A stretch of DNA of 64,000 bases from Antedon mediterranea (taxonomy: Eukaryota; Animalia; Echinodermata): assembly GCF_964355755.1 (NCBI RefSeq), contig NC_092675.1, positions 15,472,912 to 15,536,911 of the forward strand, written 5' to 3'. The stretch's first letter is position 1; each line of letters begins with the position of its first letter. Below are positions 11,945 to 24,369 of this stretch, one piece after another. The notes beneath the pieces are model-generated. The model made no database searches. It had not been told where the DNA came from and saw only the letters and a list, made by a program, of their open reading frames with translations. The position numbers and the translations under genes were made by a program.

Positions 11945-13510
11945 AGCAACTATAGCAGCTATAGCTGAGGTTTCAGGCAAGTGACCAATGTGTCACAGTA
12001 GGATAGTGATATAACAGCTATCCCAAGGCTATTTGCAGCCTGTTTTTTCTAGATGGTGTGAAGCAATTGCACAGGTATTTGTTTGCTGTTTATAATACAA
12101 AAGCTATCCCAAGGCTATTTTCAGCCTGGCTATATCAATTATAGTAACTGCAAGCTATTTCCATGCTATTTATGCTGTATAAAGTATAGCACTTACACAG
12201 CTATTTAATTGCTATTAATTGCTATTATTGCTGTATCATATATAGCAATTACACAGCTATTTGTTTGCTATTATTTGCTATTATTGCTGTATATCAGGTA
12301 TAGCAATTATACAGCTATTTGTTTGCTATTATTTGCTATTATTGCTGTATCAGGTATAGCAATTATACAGCTATTTGTTTGCTATTAATTGCTGTATCAT
12401 ATATAGCAATTACACAGCTATTTGTTTGCTATTAATTGGTATTATTGCTGTATCAGGTATAGCAACTATAGCTGAGGTTTCAGGCTAGTGACCAATGTGT
12501 CACAGTAGGATAGTGATAGAACAGCTATCCCAAGGCTATTTTCAGCCCGTTTTGTATATTATTGCTGTATCAGGTATAGCAATTACACAGCTATTTGTTT
12601 GCTATTATTTGCTATTATTGCTGTATGAGGTATAGCAATTATACAGCTATTTGTTTGCTATTATTTGCTATTATTGCTATATCAGGTATAGCAATTACAC
12701 AGCTTTTGTTTGCTATTAATTGCTATTATTGCTGTATCAGGTATAGCAATTATACAGCTATTTGTTTTCTGTTATTTGCTATTATTGCTGTATCAGGTAG
12801 AGCAATTATACAGCTATTTGTTTGCTATTATTTGCTATTATTGCTGTATCAGGTATGGCAATTACACAGCTATTTGTTTTCTATTATTTGCTATTATTGC
12901 AGTATCAGGTATAGCAATTATACAGCTATTTGTTTGCTATTATTTGCTATTATTGCTGTATCAGGTATAGCAATTACACAGCTATTTGTTTGCTATTAAT
13001 TGCTATTATTGCTGTATCAGGTATAGCAATTACACAGCTATTTGTTTGCTATTATTTGCTATTATTGCAGTATCAGGTATAGCAATTATACAGCTATTTG
13101 TTTGCTATTATTTGCTATTATTGCTGTATCAGGTATAGCAATTACACAGCTATTTGTTTGCTATTAATTGCTATTATTGCTGTATCAGGTATAGCAATTA
13201 TACAGCTATTTGTTTGCTATTATTTGCTATTATTGCTGTATCAAGTATAGCAATTATACAGCTATTTGTTTTCTGTTATTTGCTATTATTGCTGTATCAG
13301 GTAGAGCAATTATACAGCTATTTGTTTGCTATTATTTGCTATTATTGCTGTATCAGGTATAGCAATTACACAGCTATTTGTTTGCTATTATTTGCTATTA
13401 TTGCAGTATCAGGTATAGCAATTATACAGCTATTTGTTTGCTATTATTTGCTATTATTGCTGTATCAAGTATAGCATTTACACAGCTATTTGTTTGCTAT
13501 TTATTGCTAT
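11945..13510. repeat. 56-bp minisatellite (>20 units) with a duplicated head segment
   Basis: Unit CAGCTATTTGTTTGCTATTATTTGCTATTATTGCTGTATCAGGTATAGCAATTAYA, period 56 (12588 to 12644). The head at ~11960-12040 is repeated at ~12465-12548. Confidence 0.95.
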
Positions 13511-13519
13511 GACCAATCC

Positions 13520-14300
13520 TGCGCCTTAGTGCGACTTTTATATAAATCTTGATCCAAACAGCTTCCTTAAAATCATCCATGTTCTCTACTAAAGACCCTG
13601 ATAGACCATTCTCCAAAAAATAAAGCAACACCTCTACCTCTCCTAATTGTTTTTGGTATGAATAGTTAATACCCTCAATTTGAAATTCAGCAATATTTAA
13701 TCCGTCCAGCTTTCTCTTCTGTTAAAGCTATAACTGCGTTTACAGCTCAATATTCTTGACTGTAACTCACCTGTTTCATTCATTAAAGAATCAAAATTTG
13801 TATACATAAATGAATACATTTCTGCTTCTTCAGTTCTTCTAGTGCAATAACATTTCAGGGTGTGTGAAACTGCTGCTCTTTAGTTGAGGCGAAAATTAGG
13901 TTTAACAATACTACAATTTCTGATTGTTAACCGTTCCTCTCCAGCTTCAAATTTCGGCTCATCCTAAGAGACATATAATCTTCACGTTCTTGTTTAGTTC
14001 TATCCTTCGCAGTTTTAGCTCGTTTCTGCGCACACTAATTATTAGGTCGTCACAAACTTCTGAATTTGTCATAACAAGCATTAGTGGTCGAGCAACACTA
14101 GGATCTCTAAATTAACACTTGTAATCTTTAAAAACAGTTTTAATCATAGTATCGCCATGTTCTCTTCTCTGATCAGAAACGTTACTTGTTGATTCCGTCA
14201 CCCCAAATATTATTATATTGATCTTTCTGACATGTACAGTGATGCCAGTACCTACACAGTTCATATTCTAGATCTTTATCAGCGTCCAGTACATCCTTAG
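13520..14300 (-). mobile_element. CR1-type LINE 5' fragment (ORF1 end / endonuclease start)
   Basis: The minus strand reads NIIIFGVTES (ORF1-like) and FMYTNFDSLMNE (start of an APE endonuclease). Confidence 0.65.
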
Positions 14301-14959
14301 AAAAGCTTCCACACAAAGTGTTATTTTTAACTGTTTTTACTACCTTTCCCATTGTTTTTTTTTATTACTCACGCTAGCTCTTCTAGGTGCTTGAGCCATC
14401 ATAGTCTAAAGGATATCAACCTGGTTGTTCACCATTTACACTGCTGGCCAAGTCTGGACCTAAGAAACATCTGCTCAATTTTTCAGTTGTAGTAAATATT
14501 TTAAACTTGCCAATTCGTATAAGATTAAAACAAAGTACAACTAAAAATAGAAAAATAATTTAATCTATAACATCGGCTTAGGAGAGACACACATCCACCA
14601 TATTAAAGTACCCAAAACAAAAATTACAATTTAGTTACATATGGAACTAAACTATCTGTATCTCCCAATGACTCTGGTGTAAAAGCATATAAAACAAAAA
14701 ATATATAATAAATGTAATAATATGGAGATGTTCGTCGAAGACACCGAAACGTTAACAACATTATACATATTAAAATAGACCCTTCATTGGTCAAAAAATC
14801 GCAGGGTGAGTTGACTGGAATAATGTTTTTAATCCTTCAGAATCTCAGGAAAAATGTACAGAATTCTATAATACACTTCATCTCTCAATTGATACTTTCT
14901 TTCCAAAACAAACTGTGAAACGTTAACCCACTTATATTGGTGTCTGCCTTGACAAATAT

Positions 14960-15400
14960 CGTATAAAAAGAGACAAGAAGCGTTCGCTAACAACAAGTTT
15001 GGCTTATGGAGGTTCTATCGTAATAAGATTAATACAACCACCATAAGAGTAGATAGAAAAAACTACTTCTCTAAAAATGTTAGCCATCTCAAAAACACAT
15101 CGTCAGCAAATTGGCATAATGTATCGGGGCAAAGTAAGCCAAGTGTTGGAAAACTCTGAAATAGTGGACCCTAAACGTGTTGCTGACCATGTAAGCCTCC
15201 ATTTAACAAGTGTGAATGATTCGCTTGAAACATTAAATAGGAGAATGTTGCCAGTTTTTTTCCCATCCACGACAGGTTGAACCATGGGAGGTTCTTGCGC
15301 AATTCTACAAAGTTCTTGTGACCCTGATCAGATATCTGCCAAGTTCATTAAGACATTTGCCTATGAACTGTCAATACCACTTGTAATCAATTGTTCATAT
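14960..15400 (+). mobile_element. LINE ORF2 fragment
   Basis: KSCDPDQISAKFIKTFAYELSIPL-like pre-RT motif at ~15310-15385. Confidence 0.5.
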
Positions 15401-15594
15401 CAAGAATCGAGACTGGAGACCGGAGAATCTGGAGACTAGACCCGACCCCCGGGCTGACAAACTTTTTTAGAATGTCTTTGATAGTATTAACAACATTAAG
15501 GTTCAATCCTGGGTGAAATAGGGTGATATCATATTTTACGGGCTCCCAGACTATAAGTGTTTGGTAATTATGATAGGCTATACTACTAACATAC

Positions 15595-15768
15595 CTAACC
15601 GGTTCACTGTCAATGCCACGAATGCGGATGCGTTCAGTCTGTGGAACTATGTGCCAGTCAAATGTCAGGTCCCATGAAAATCCACCAACATGCATAGCTT
15701 TTGTATTCTTGTTCAAAGCGAATGTTTCATCGTCGATTACATTGATAACAGGACATGGAACATATGAG
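15595..15768 (-). CDS. GALNT: Polypeptide N-acetylgalactosaminyltransferase, coding exon 5 (last exon found)
   Basis: SYVPCPVINVIDDETF...GGFSWDLTFDWHIVPQTER...PVR. Acceptor TTCCAG and donor GTATGT; phase matches exon 4. Confidence 0.93.
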
Positions 15769-16367
15769 CTGGAAAAAAGAAACTTAATTGCAATGAAAAT
15801 ACCCTAAAGGACATATTACATTATTCGAAAGAAAACAACTTTAGCACTCTAAAAAATGATATATATTTGCAGTATTTTACATCCAGAAAAAGTGACAAAA
15901 AAGGCGGAAAGATTAATCTTTAAAATTCATTTTTGAAAATTAGAAAGAAAAAATAAAAATAATAAAAACATGTGCGGTTATTAATTCTAGTTCAGTAGCT
16001 AATGCTTACATAACCCACTGAGAGGTGGTCGTTACGGGAGGTGGTCGATTATGAGAAGCGGTCCCTTTATTACAGAGATGGTGGTCGTTCAATAGAGGGT
16101 GATTGCTTACGATGTGTGATCGTTTTAGGGAGGTAATCGCTTTCGAGATGGCCGCGTTTTGAATTCGGTGGATGGTGGATAAATTGAGAGCTAAGTAAAG
16201 AGATGGGTTTGCACATGATTTAAACATAGGTTTGTAAAATATATATTTTCTACATTAGCGGGCGATAGTAACTGCATTAGCTGGGAGGATATTTTCGTTA
16301 CTACATTAGCTGTTGACCGTTTTACATTAGCTGGTGTTGATTTTGTATTTACTACATAAGCTGTTGG

Positions 16368-17171
16368 TTTTTAGTCGCGTGGAAGCGACTCTATAGTTCA
16401 CTATGTCGGTCGGTTGGTCGGTCTGTCTGTCTGTCTGTCTGTCTGTCGGTCCGGTATCACTATGCGTTTTATCGCTTTATGACCTTATCTTGATATCAGT
16501 TTAATCTAGCTAAGTCAATTTTTCACAGAATATTCCTTATGGCCAGGAATCGATGTGGTTATGTTTTCACGGTGCGCAATAAAAAATTACGCGGTCTACG
16601 CACGATTTAACGAAATCACGTTTGTAATCATAATCACAACCATGAATCACAATTAAATAAAATTTGGTACTCATACATTTCAGGGCATAAATCATCATAT
16701 GGCAATACAATTACGTGCGTAGCGCATGTAACGCATGCGTAGCGCATGTAACGCATGCGTACGCGCGCTTAAAATTTTCAAAATTTATTTTCGATGAAAT
16801 AAGAGTACGTTTCAGGCAATTTCAAGCGTTTACAAAATTGCCATGAGTGCGCAGATTTTTGCGCGCGCACTGCGCGTTAAATGTTATTGCGCACTCTTTT
16901 TGCCCGATTTCTGTTTTCTTGACTTACTTTTCAACTCGAAATTACGTTATACGAGCACGTCAAAAGTGACTGGCTACGCACGTGTAAATTAAAAAAATAT
17001 AAATGTTTTTAAACATTTCAACATTTTTAAACATGTTAAGTAATTTCGGTCAGTATAGTTCACTATGTCTGTCTGTCGGTCCGTCTGTCTGTCGGTCTGT
17101 CTGTCTGTTTGTCTGTCGGTCCGGTATCACCATGCATTGTAGCACGCGACTTAATGGCTGTTGGCCTTGTT
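16368..17171 (+). mobile_element. DINE-1/HINE-type element, terminal family 2
   Basis: TTTTAGTCGCGTG..CGACT 5' end, two (GTCT/GTCG)n modules, and 3' end CACGCGACT..GGCTGTTGGCCTTGTT. Confidence 0.8.
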
Positions 17172-17558
17172 CTATATTAGCTGGAGGTTTTACTACATTC
17201 AATTGCGGTTTGCTGCAGCACGTCGCTAAAAGTGAGGCATACATATATTGTATTTGCCTTGAGATATTGCCTGTTAAAGAATAGCACGGGCTAGGCTATA
17301 CCATTTTGCTGTGGGTAATTGCCCTCAAATTTATAATAAATATTGAAAAACTGCAGGTATTTAAAAACGATTTTCTGATTGCTGCCCTCTATATATTTTA
17401 TTCCATGGATTTTTAACTGTATTCAAAGATAGCGTCACTATCTTTTTGCTGTATTGTAGAAACCACTGCAAAGTGTTTTCGTTTTGTTTACAACCTCGTG
17501 TTTTCTGTCACATTTCTACTTCCATACAGTACGGTGTATTTTTGTACTATGATTAAGG

Positions 17559-17579
17559 CATAGAGATAATATCTCTATG
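17559..17579. mobile_element. 21-bp CA...TG micro-element relic with a 7-bp duplication
   Basis: ATTAAGG-CATAGAGATAATATCTCTATG-ATTAAGG. Confidence 0.7.
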
Positions 17580-18032
17580 ATTAAGGTTTTATTTAAATTG
17601 CCATAGGCCTATATACAATTAATAAGAAATAACACAAGTTCAAAACATGGAGATATAAATTCAAAATGATCAAGGCAATTTTCCTTCGAGGGTATTAAAA
17701 AGAAAATAGAGCCTACACCCGACACGGGTCATACTATACTGGATACAAGCGTACTCGCATAGGCTATACATAGAGATATTATAGAAGTGAATTTTATATA
17801 AATATTATTTTGAATTGATTTGCATCTCTAAATAAGAATGTCGGTTTTAATTCAATGTAAGTTTCATCTTACTCGATAACAGATTCATCTTTTTAACATG
17901 CTCCTTACAGTTCTGTTTATGTTCAATTTTGGATTTGTTATATATGCGATTTCTGGTATTGTTAGGGCGAATTTTTTTTATTGTACTTAAGTATTTAATT
18001 GTTGAAATAACAACCATTTTAACGATGACCAC

Positions 18033-18695
18033 CATACTTACCAACCTGAGAGATTTAAAATGCGGGACTATTTTTGTAGGGGGTGGGGCGTGATCGAAAG
18101 TATTTTCAGTCGACGAAACAAATTTAGTTTACTAGCACTACAGGATGGCCGAAAATATTACCCTCGCACGTAAAATTCATGATGAATGGCACCTAGTCAT
18201 GTATTCTAGTACGGTAAACGATGCAAATAATATTAGATTGTATGATACTCTTTTTTTTTGTTAATCTGTAATTCAACGTTTTTCATGCTAATTCTTGAAT
18301 TTATTTTATTAAAAAACTGATCCACCAACCAATGGCATAAAAATTGGGTTTACTTTTTATAAACACACACAAAATAATGTAATGTGCAATCACGATCGTG
18401 ACTAACGCATGGTCACGGCGAGCGACGACGGAAAAATTAATTGTAATTTTCTGATACTACTAATACTAGTATTATTTTATTGATGTTTCGTGTTATACTT
18501 TTAAAATATTGAATGCATTTTCCTGTCAAATTATGATCAAAAATGATAACGCATCGCATAGGCCTCCTACTTCTGATAAATGCGTGACAAATAATATTGG
18601 GGTCATAATACGCATGTGTTCAAAACGCGTGTTTCATTAAAAATCACTTGAAATGCGGGACCGTCCCGAACGATGCGAGACGGCTGGTAACTATG
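18033..18695. mobile_element. hAT-like MITE
   Basis: TIRs CATACTTACCAACC / GGCTGGTAACTATG, subterminal AAATGCGGGAC at both ends, and a 6-bp flanking duplication GACCAC. Confidence 0.65.
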
Positions 18696-18797
18696 GACCA
18701 CATAATAATTTTAAGTAGCCCTACCATTTGTTTGTGGGAATTAATGGTATCGAAAGTTACAAAGCATTTGAATAATATGTAATGTCGTACCTTATAG

Positions 18798-18841
18798 CAG
18801 GGAGTTGTATTTATTATTTATTTTTGTTTTACAACTCCCTG
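18798..18841. mobile_element. 44-bp CA...TG micro-MITE with a 7-bp TSD
   Basis: CTTATAG-CAGGGAGTTGTA...TACAACTCCCTG-CTTATAG, with a perfect 12-bp TIR. Confidence 0.85.
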
Positions 18842-19566
18842 CTTATAGCGCCAAACCAAAAATTTTGTGTTGAAAGATTTTTTGTTTGTTTAGAATGGAT
18901 CGTTGACCGGAAAACAACTTAGCTTATCTTACACTTTGATAGCATGTGTTATTGGTGGTACAATTCAGAATAGGACAGGCGGTTTAGCGTTAAACCCGGC
19001 CGATGTAAAATAAAAATCGAAGAAAGTTACGGTAATTTTCCGTCGATTGTTTCTTTGGTAAGTTGCCGATGGTGGTCTAAATGTCGTCAAATTTAATAAC
19101 AATTTTGTAATAGGCCTACATATATATATATTTTTGAATTGAATGCTGTTTACAGTTACTAAAGTTAAAAAGAGATGTGTTATTAAAGAGAAAACAAAGA
19201 TTTGTCATTAATTATACATTTAAGTTTTCTCTATAGCCTTATCGCAGTTCAACTATTTTATACACTGTGGTATAATATACGTTACTTTAGGCTATTCGTA
19301 GACGTTTTGACGATAGTTAGAACCGGATAGGCTTGTGAATTTGTAAGAGTGTAAAACCTTTTTGGCATACACCAAGTAAATTTATAATAAATGTAATACA
19401 GTAGTAAATAAATATTTGTTATAATAATCCACGATTGAAAGGAAATTCTACATATTTTCATAGAGTTCTTAAGGCTCTACTAAAGTACTATGTCCTAATT
19501 TTGAGTAATTTGTTAACTATGATTTTCCACTTTATCTGTAAATTAATACTTTAACTTTTAACTTAC

Positions 19567-19780
19567 TTGTCTATAGTCACACGGGAAAGAAGTGGTTCAA
19601 GCCACCCCGTTGTACACTCACAATGGGCATCTAAGAAGGTTAGTATAGCACCACTAGACTCAGCTACACCAGCCATTCTGGCTCTGATTAGACCTTCACG
19701 TCGGCCGGTTCGCAAAAGACGTACTGGAACGTCTTCTTTCAGATTATTAAGGTATTCATCCAATGGTGCCTTAAGATGAC
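19567..19780 (-). CDS. GALNT: GALNT coding exon 4 (catalytic DxH motif)
   Basis: HLKAPLDEY...[12 protein letters not shown]...[19 protein letters not shown]. Acceptor TTTTAG and donor GTAAGT. Confidence 0.97.
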
Positions 19781-21954
19781 CTAAAATGTAAATATACAGT
19801 TGTTTTTGCGTGAAATGATAATATACAATAAATGCGTATGATTTGAATAGAAAAAAAAATGTTTGATTGCGTTTTCGTTGGGGTTGAATTAGTTTCTTTT
19901 AAATTGTTGTGTCAACCATTTACATTTAGACTTGCGGTTATAGTCTCTCTATGTATTCCGGAGTAAACGACACTAAAATGATGGGGGTTGGGTGCGACAG
20001 TCCGCAGTTGAATTATATAATAAACACGGTTGATTTGTCATTTTGGTTTGTTTTCGTAGTACACCATGACTGAATTATTATAAGTTGTGACTAATGTACA
20101 AATGAATTTATAATAATTATGATTGAATATGGTTGTAAAATTTTTATTTTTGCAACGGCACAAACTCGTTCTTCCACGAGGCCGTATAACATTGTCAAAA
20201 CAAAGTTGAGCGCCACAATGTTAAACTTCTTTTAATTCTGTATTTGGGTAGGTAAAGGTTGTTTGTTGACTTTGTGTTGTGTTCATTCAGTATTATAATA
20301 ATTTGGAGTTAGTTCATTCATTATTTTATACATAATAACATTTTCATTAAAAATAAGCTTATCTTTAGGACTAGACAATTTCAGTTCTTCAAATTCTTGT
20401 GTACTGAAATCATAATTTTAGTTGCACTGCTTTGTAATATGTGCACTTTGTTGCTTAAAGATACTTTAAGATACTTTAATGTTACATCTACACCATACAA
20501 CATTGTAGTAGTCAAAGTGAGATGCAAGAATTGCTTTGAGTGTAAAAAAAACGTATTTGAATTAGGTAATTTGATTTCTTTATAGATAAAACAAGCCGGG
20601 AAGAACTTTAGATCAAACATATTCTGTCATGATAGAGTTTCATCAATTTCACACCAAGGTTACCATATATATCCAAGTCATATTATAGAATTATGATAAC
20701 TTTTGGTGAGTTTCAATAATAATCATTAATTCAGTCTTATTAACATTTAGGCTTAATGTATTACTAATTTTCTTATATTTTCTAAGTCTGTGTAAATTTG
20801 TTGTGTAATATCATTTTATATTACATAGCCTATGTAAATACGTGAACGTGATTGGTTGAAACTGCATCACATGACTACCGCTTCGAGGATCGTATATATC
20901 ATCGAGTACGATGATAGGGACTGAGTAATTTTTGCGTATTTATCGTGTCCCTGTCATTAAACATATAAAATCCAGCAAATTCTCGATTACGATGATATTG
21001 ACTGTGTAATTTTCGTAAAGTACCGTAAAGATCTATCTATCTTTTGGGGCGATGGTAGCGGCTGTGTGGTAGTTTTGTGAAAAAAGGAGGGTGTAATAAA
21101 TCCACTTAAAAAATAAAAAAGACACCACTTTTGGCGTTATGGTGAAGTAAAGTTTAGGTGTTTTTAACAATTTAAAAAAACTGAAAAACACCCATTGTTA
21201 TTATGCATACACTAATTTTTTTTTTTATTAAATGAACAAAACAAAAATATCAGTCATCAAAATGCAACCAATATTTATATAAAAAACCTTAAAAAAGGAA
21301 ACAATTTGTCAAAAACACCAATTTTTCCGTTGCCATGGAAATATATGTGAAATAAAAAATACTTCATATGTGATATCTCTCAACACATAATATAAACATG
21401 TGCAAAATTTGAAATAAATCCATTTTTTAGTCTGCCACTAATTTTGATATTATTTATATACAGACAATGGCCAAATAAATTTTTTTTTTTTTTATTACGA
21501 TAAGAAATGTAGCTTTCAATCAATCAAAATAACAAGGTAACTTTCACAGGAATTACGTATCTCAAAAATTTTTGTCTATATAATTTCTTAAAGCTTAAGT
21601 ATAGAATTTAAAACTGACACCTTTGCCACCTGCTAAATTTATATGCCAATTATTTCTGTAAATTAAAACGTGAAACTATAGCATAATATAATCTATATTT
21701 TTAAAACTATTGGTTAGGGGGGTTGTTTTTTTAATAACATATATAGCAGTAGTAGTAGTAGCAGAAACAGCCGCTGCGGCAGCAGTAGAATCTTGTGAAT
21801 AAGCAGAATTAACTTGTTTAGTTTGTCTATCTGACCCAAGAGTGTAAATTAGCATGGTCTTCCGAAACTAAGCTGCCAATAATTACTACGTCAGCATTAA
21901 ATAAATAACATCTAAAAATATATTATAAAAATATTATATTTATATAATACTTAC

Positions 21955-22121
21955 TTCGATCACTCCCGTCATCAACTAAAATAATTTCCGCAAGAAGATT
22001 ATGTGGAGATCGGTTTAAGACACTATGTAATGTTCGTAACAATGTTGAACGCGCTTCGTTGTAAAAAACAATTATTATACTAGTGTTCAACAAGTTTTCG
22101 TCATACCTTTTTCTTTCACAT
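21955..22121 (-). CDS. GALNT: GALNT coding exon 3
   Basis: CERKRY...[41 protein letters not shown]. Acceptor TTCCAG and donor GTAAGT. Confidence 0.97.
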
Positions 22122-22396
22122 CTGGAATATATATATATATTATTATGATTAGATGAATAAGTATAAACTTTTACTTTTTTAATAATTAACAAAAAGTAAA
22201 GTGTGATTAATTAATTTGTTCATAATTTGTGCACACAATATTCAGGTCTTAGTCAGAGAAGGTTGTGGTAGACCGAGCATCGATAATCATTGTAATTAAA
22301 ACTAAACTACTTAAACTTGTTAAATATTGTTTATCTATACGTATACTTTGTTTTAAATAGTACTAGTTTGTCGTAATGTAATAAAAAGTATATTAC

Positions 22397-22649
22397 CCCT
22401 TTGCTCTTATATCTGGTAAAGAGCGATCTAGAGAAATTCGCTCGCTTACATACAGGTTAAACTCATGTAAATGGAACATTTTGTTTCTTCCTTCTTTGTC
22501 TTTCTGCCGTGATAGAATAACCGGTTCTCCCATTTCACCTTCATTGATTCCAATTAGACGATAACTTGGTTTATTAATATTATTTTTACGGTCATGTAGA
22601 GGAGGTGCTTTGATAATGTTGTTGTGAAATTTATTTTCTAAAGCAGGAT
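22397..22649 (-). CDS. GALNT: GALNT coding exon 2 (stem region)
   Basis: GEMGEPV...FHLHEFNLYVSERISLDRSLPDIR. Acceptor TTATAG and donor GTAATA; phases match the neighbouring exons. Confidence 0.93.
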
Positions 22650-22879
22650 CTATAATAGATAAAAAATATGTATTGAAATTATTATAATTTTGGATTACCA
22701 CAGACAAGAAAAGTCGACAATTCGACAATGCAAAACTCTATCATATCGTCACTACAGGCGAGAAGAGTCGACATTCGCACCATTTCAACACCTTCCAAGC
22801 ACCTACCAACCAATAGAAAGTAAATAGGTCAAAGTGTCAATTTAAAGTATAAGCCAATTACATTACTGTATTTCTACAT

Positions 22880-24350
22880 AGAAAACATTCTAAATATGTG
22901 GATGATTAGACCATATGTGACTGATCTCCCTCCATACATTCAGGACTCCACGGACTTTATCCGCAAAATTAACCAAATTCAAAATTTACCTAATAATTCT
23001 GTTCTGGCTACATTAGATGTTTCATCATTGTATACTAATATCCCTCACGAAGAAGGAGCCGACGCATGTATTTTAAATTACAAACAACCAGGCAAAACGC
23101 CTACTAAAGCTCATTTACGAGAACTGTTCACATGTTGATTTTAACCAACAACAATTTTATTTTTGGAAATGACCATTACCTTCAAATTCATTGCACAGCG
23201 ATGGGCACAAAAATGGCGCCATCTTTTGCAAATTTATTTTGGGACAATTTGAGGCTAATTTTCTTTCCTCCAACCACTTGTTTGGTTTAGATACATTGAC
23301 GACATCTTCATGATCTGGACCCATGGTGAATCTTTTCTTCCCAATATTAATTCAGCCCACCAACTATCAAATTTACAGCTACCAAATCCACTAGTAGCGT
23401 TGATTTTGACACTATAGTGACCATAGAAAATGGTACACTCAAAACTGGCCTATTCCGTAAACCAACGGATAAAAATATGTACCTGCTCCCTAGCAGTTGT
23501 CTTCCCCGACACTGTACTAAAAACATACCGTACAGTCAAGCATTACGTAAAAGACGTATCTGTTCTTCAGATTTAGATTTTCAGAATCGTACCGAAGAAC
23601 TAACCGGAATAGAAATTACAAGAAGGAATACATCGAAACTGCTATAAAGAAAGCAAAAGATATTCCTCGATGTCAAACACTGACGTACAAACCATGCACG
23701 TCAAATTCGACCAGAGTGCCATTGGTCACAACCTATCACCATAGGTTGCCTCCATTACGGGATATTATTGAGAAACATATGCCCATTCTACAGTCCACAG
23801 AACGTCTCAGAACTGTTTTCCGGAACCACCCATTATTGCATTTCGTAGACCTCCCAACCTTCGTGATATATTAGTCAGATCCAAATTTAAGAGTAAAATT
23901 AACTCTCATGACAGCCAAAATTTGGGCAGTCACCTTTGCGGCAAATCCTGCAAAACTTGTTCATTGGTTGATTCTACTGGAAAATTTAAGAGTAACCAAA
24001 CTGACCACATTTTTCGGATAAGACAATCAATTAATTGTCTAACCAAAAACGTCATATATTTCATATACTGTAATATTTGTGGCAAACAGTACGTCGGAGA
24101 AACAAAAAACACTCTCCGTATGAGAATGACACAACACAGATCAGCTATTAAAACATTGAAGCTTGATCAACCTATAGCCAAACATTTTAATTTAGCTGGT
24201 CAGAGTTATTGTAGGCCTAATAGACCACGATGTCAAATGGAGCGACAAAACTCACAAATAAAAACCACTGGGAATTACAACTTAAAACCACAAAACCTTT
24301 TGGACTTAACATTAGGAACGTACTCCCAGATCGGTAAAATTATCTATTAT
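22880..24350 (+). mobile_element. Penelope-like element (RT + GIY-YIG endonuclease), decayed, in GALNT intron 1
   Basis: [43 protein letters not shown] and NVIYFIYCNICGKQYVGETK..LRMRMTQH, with several frameshifts. Confidence 0.92.
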
Positions 24351-24369
24351 TGACTACCAAAATTTAAGT

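Noticed and set aside
12595-13474. Hydrophobic/Cys-Tyr-rich ORFs in the ORF track
   Set aside because: They are translations of the 56-bp minisatellite. The unit is not a multiple of 3, so the frames simply rotate.
14725-14760. CGAAGA...CCGAAACGTT as a Penelope-type hammerhead remnant
   Set aside because: The core does not match CTGANGA and no stems are evident.
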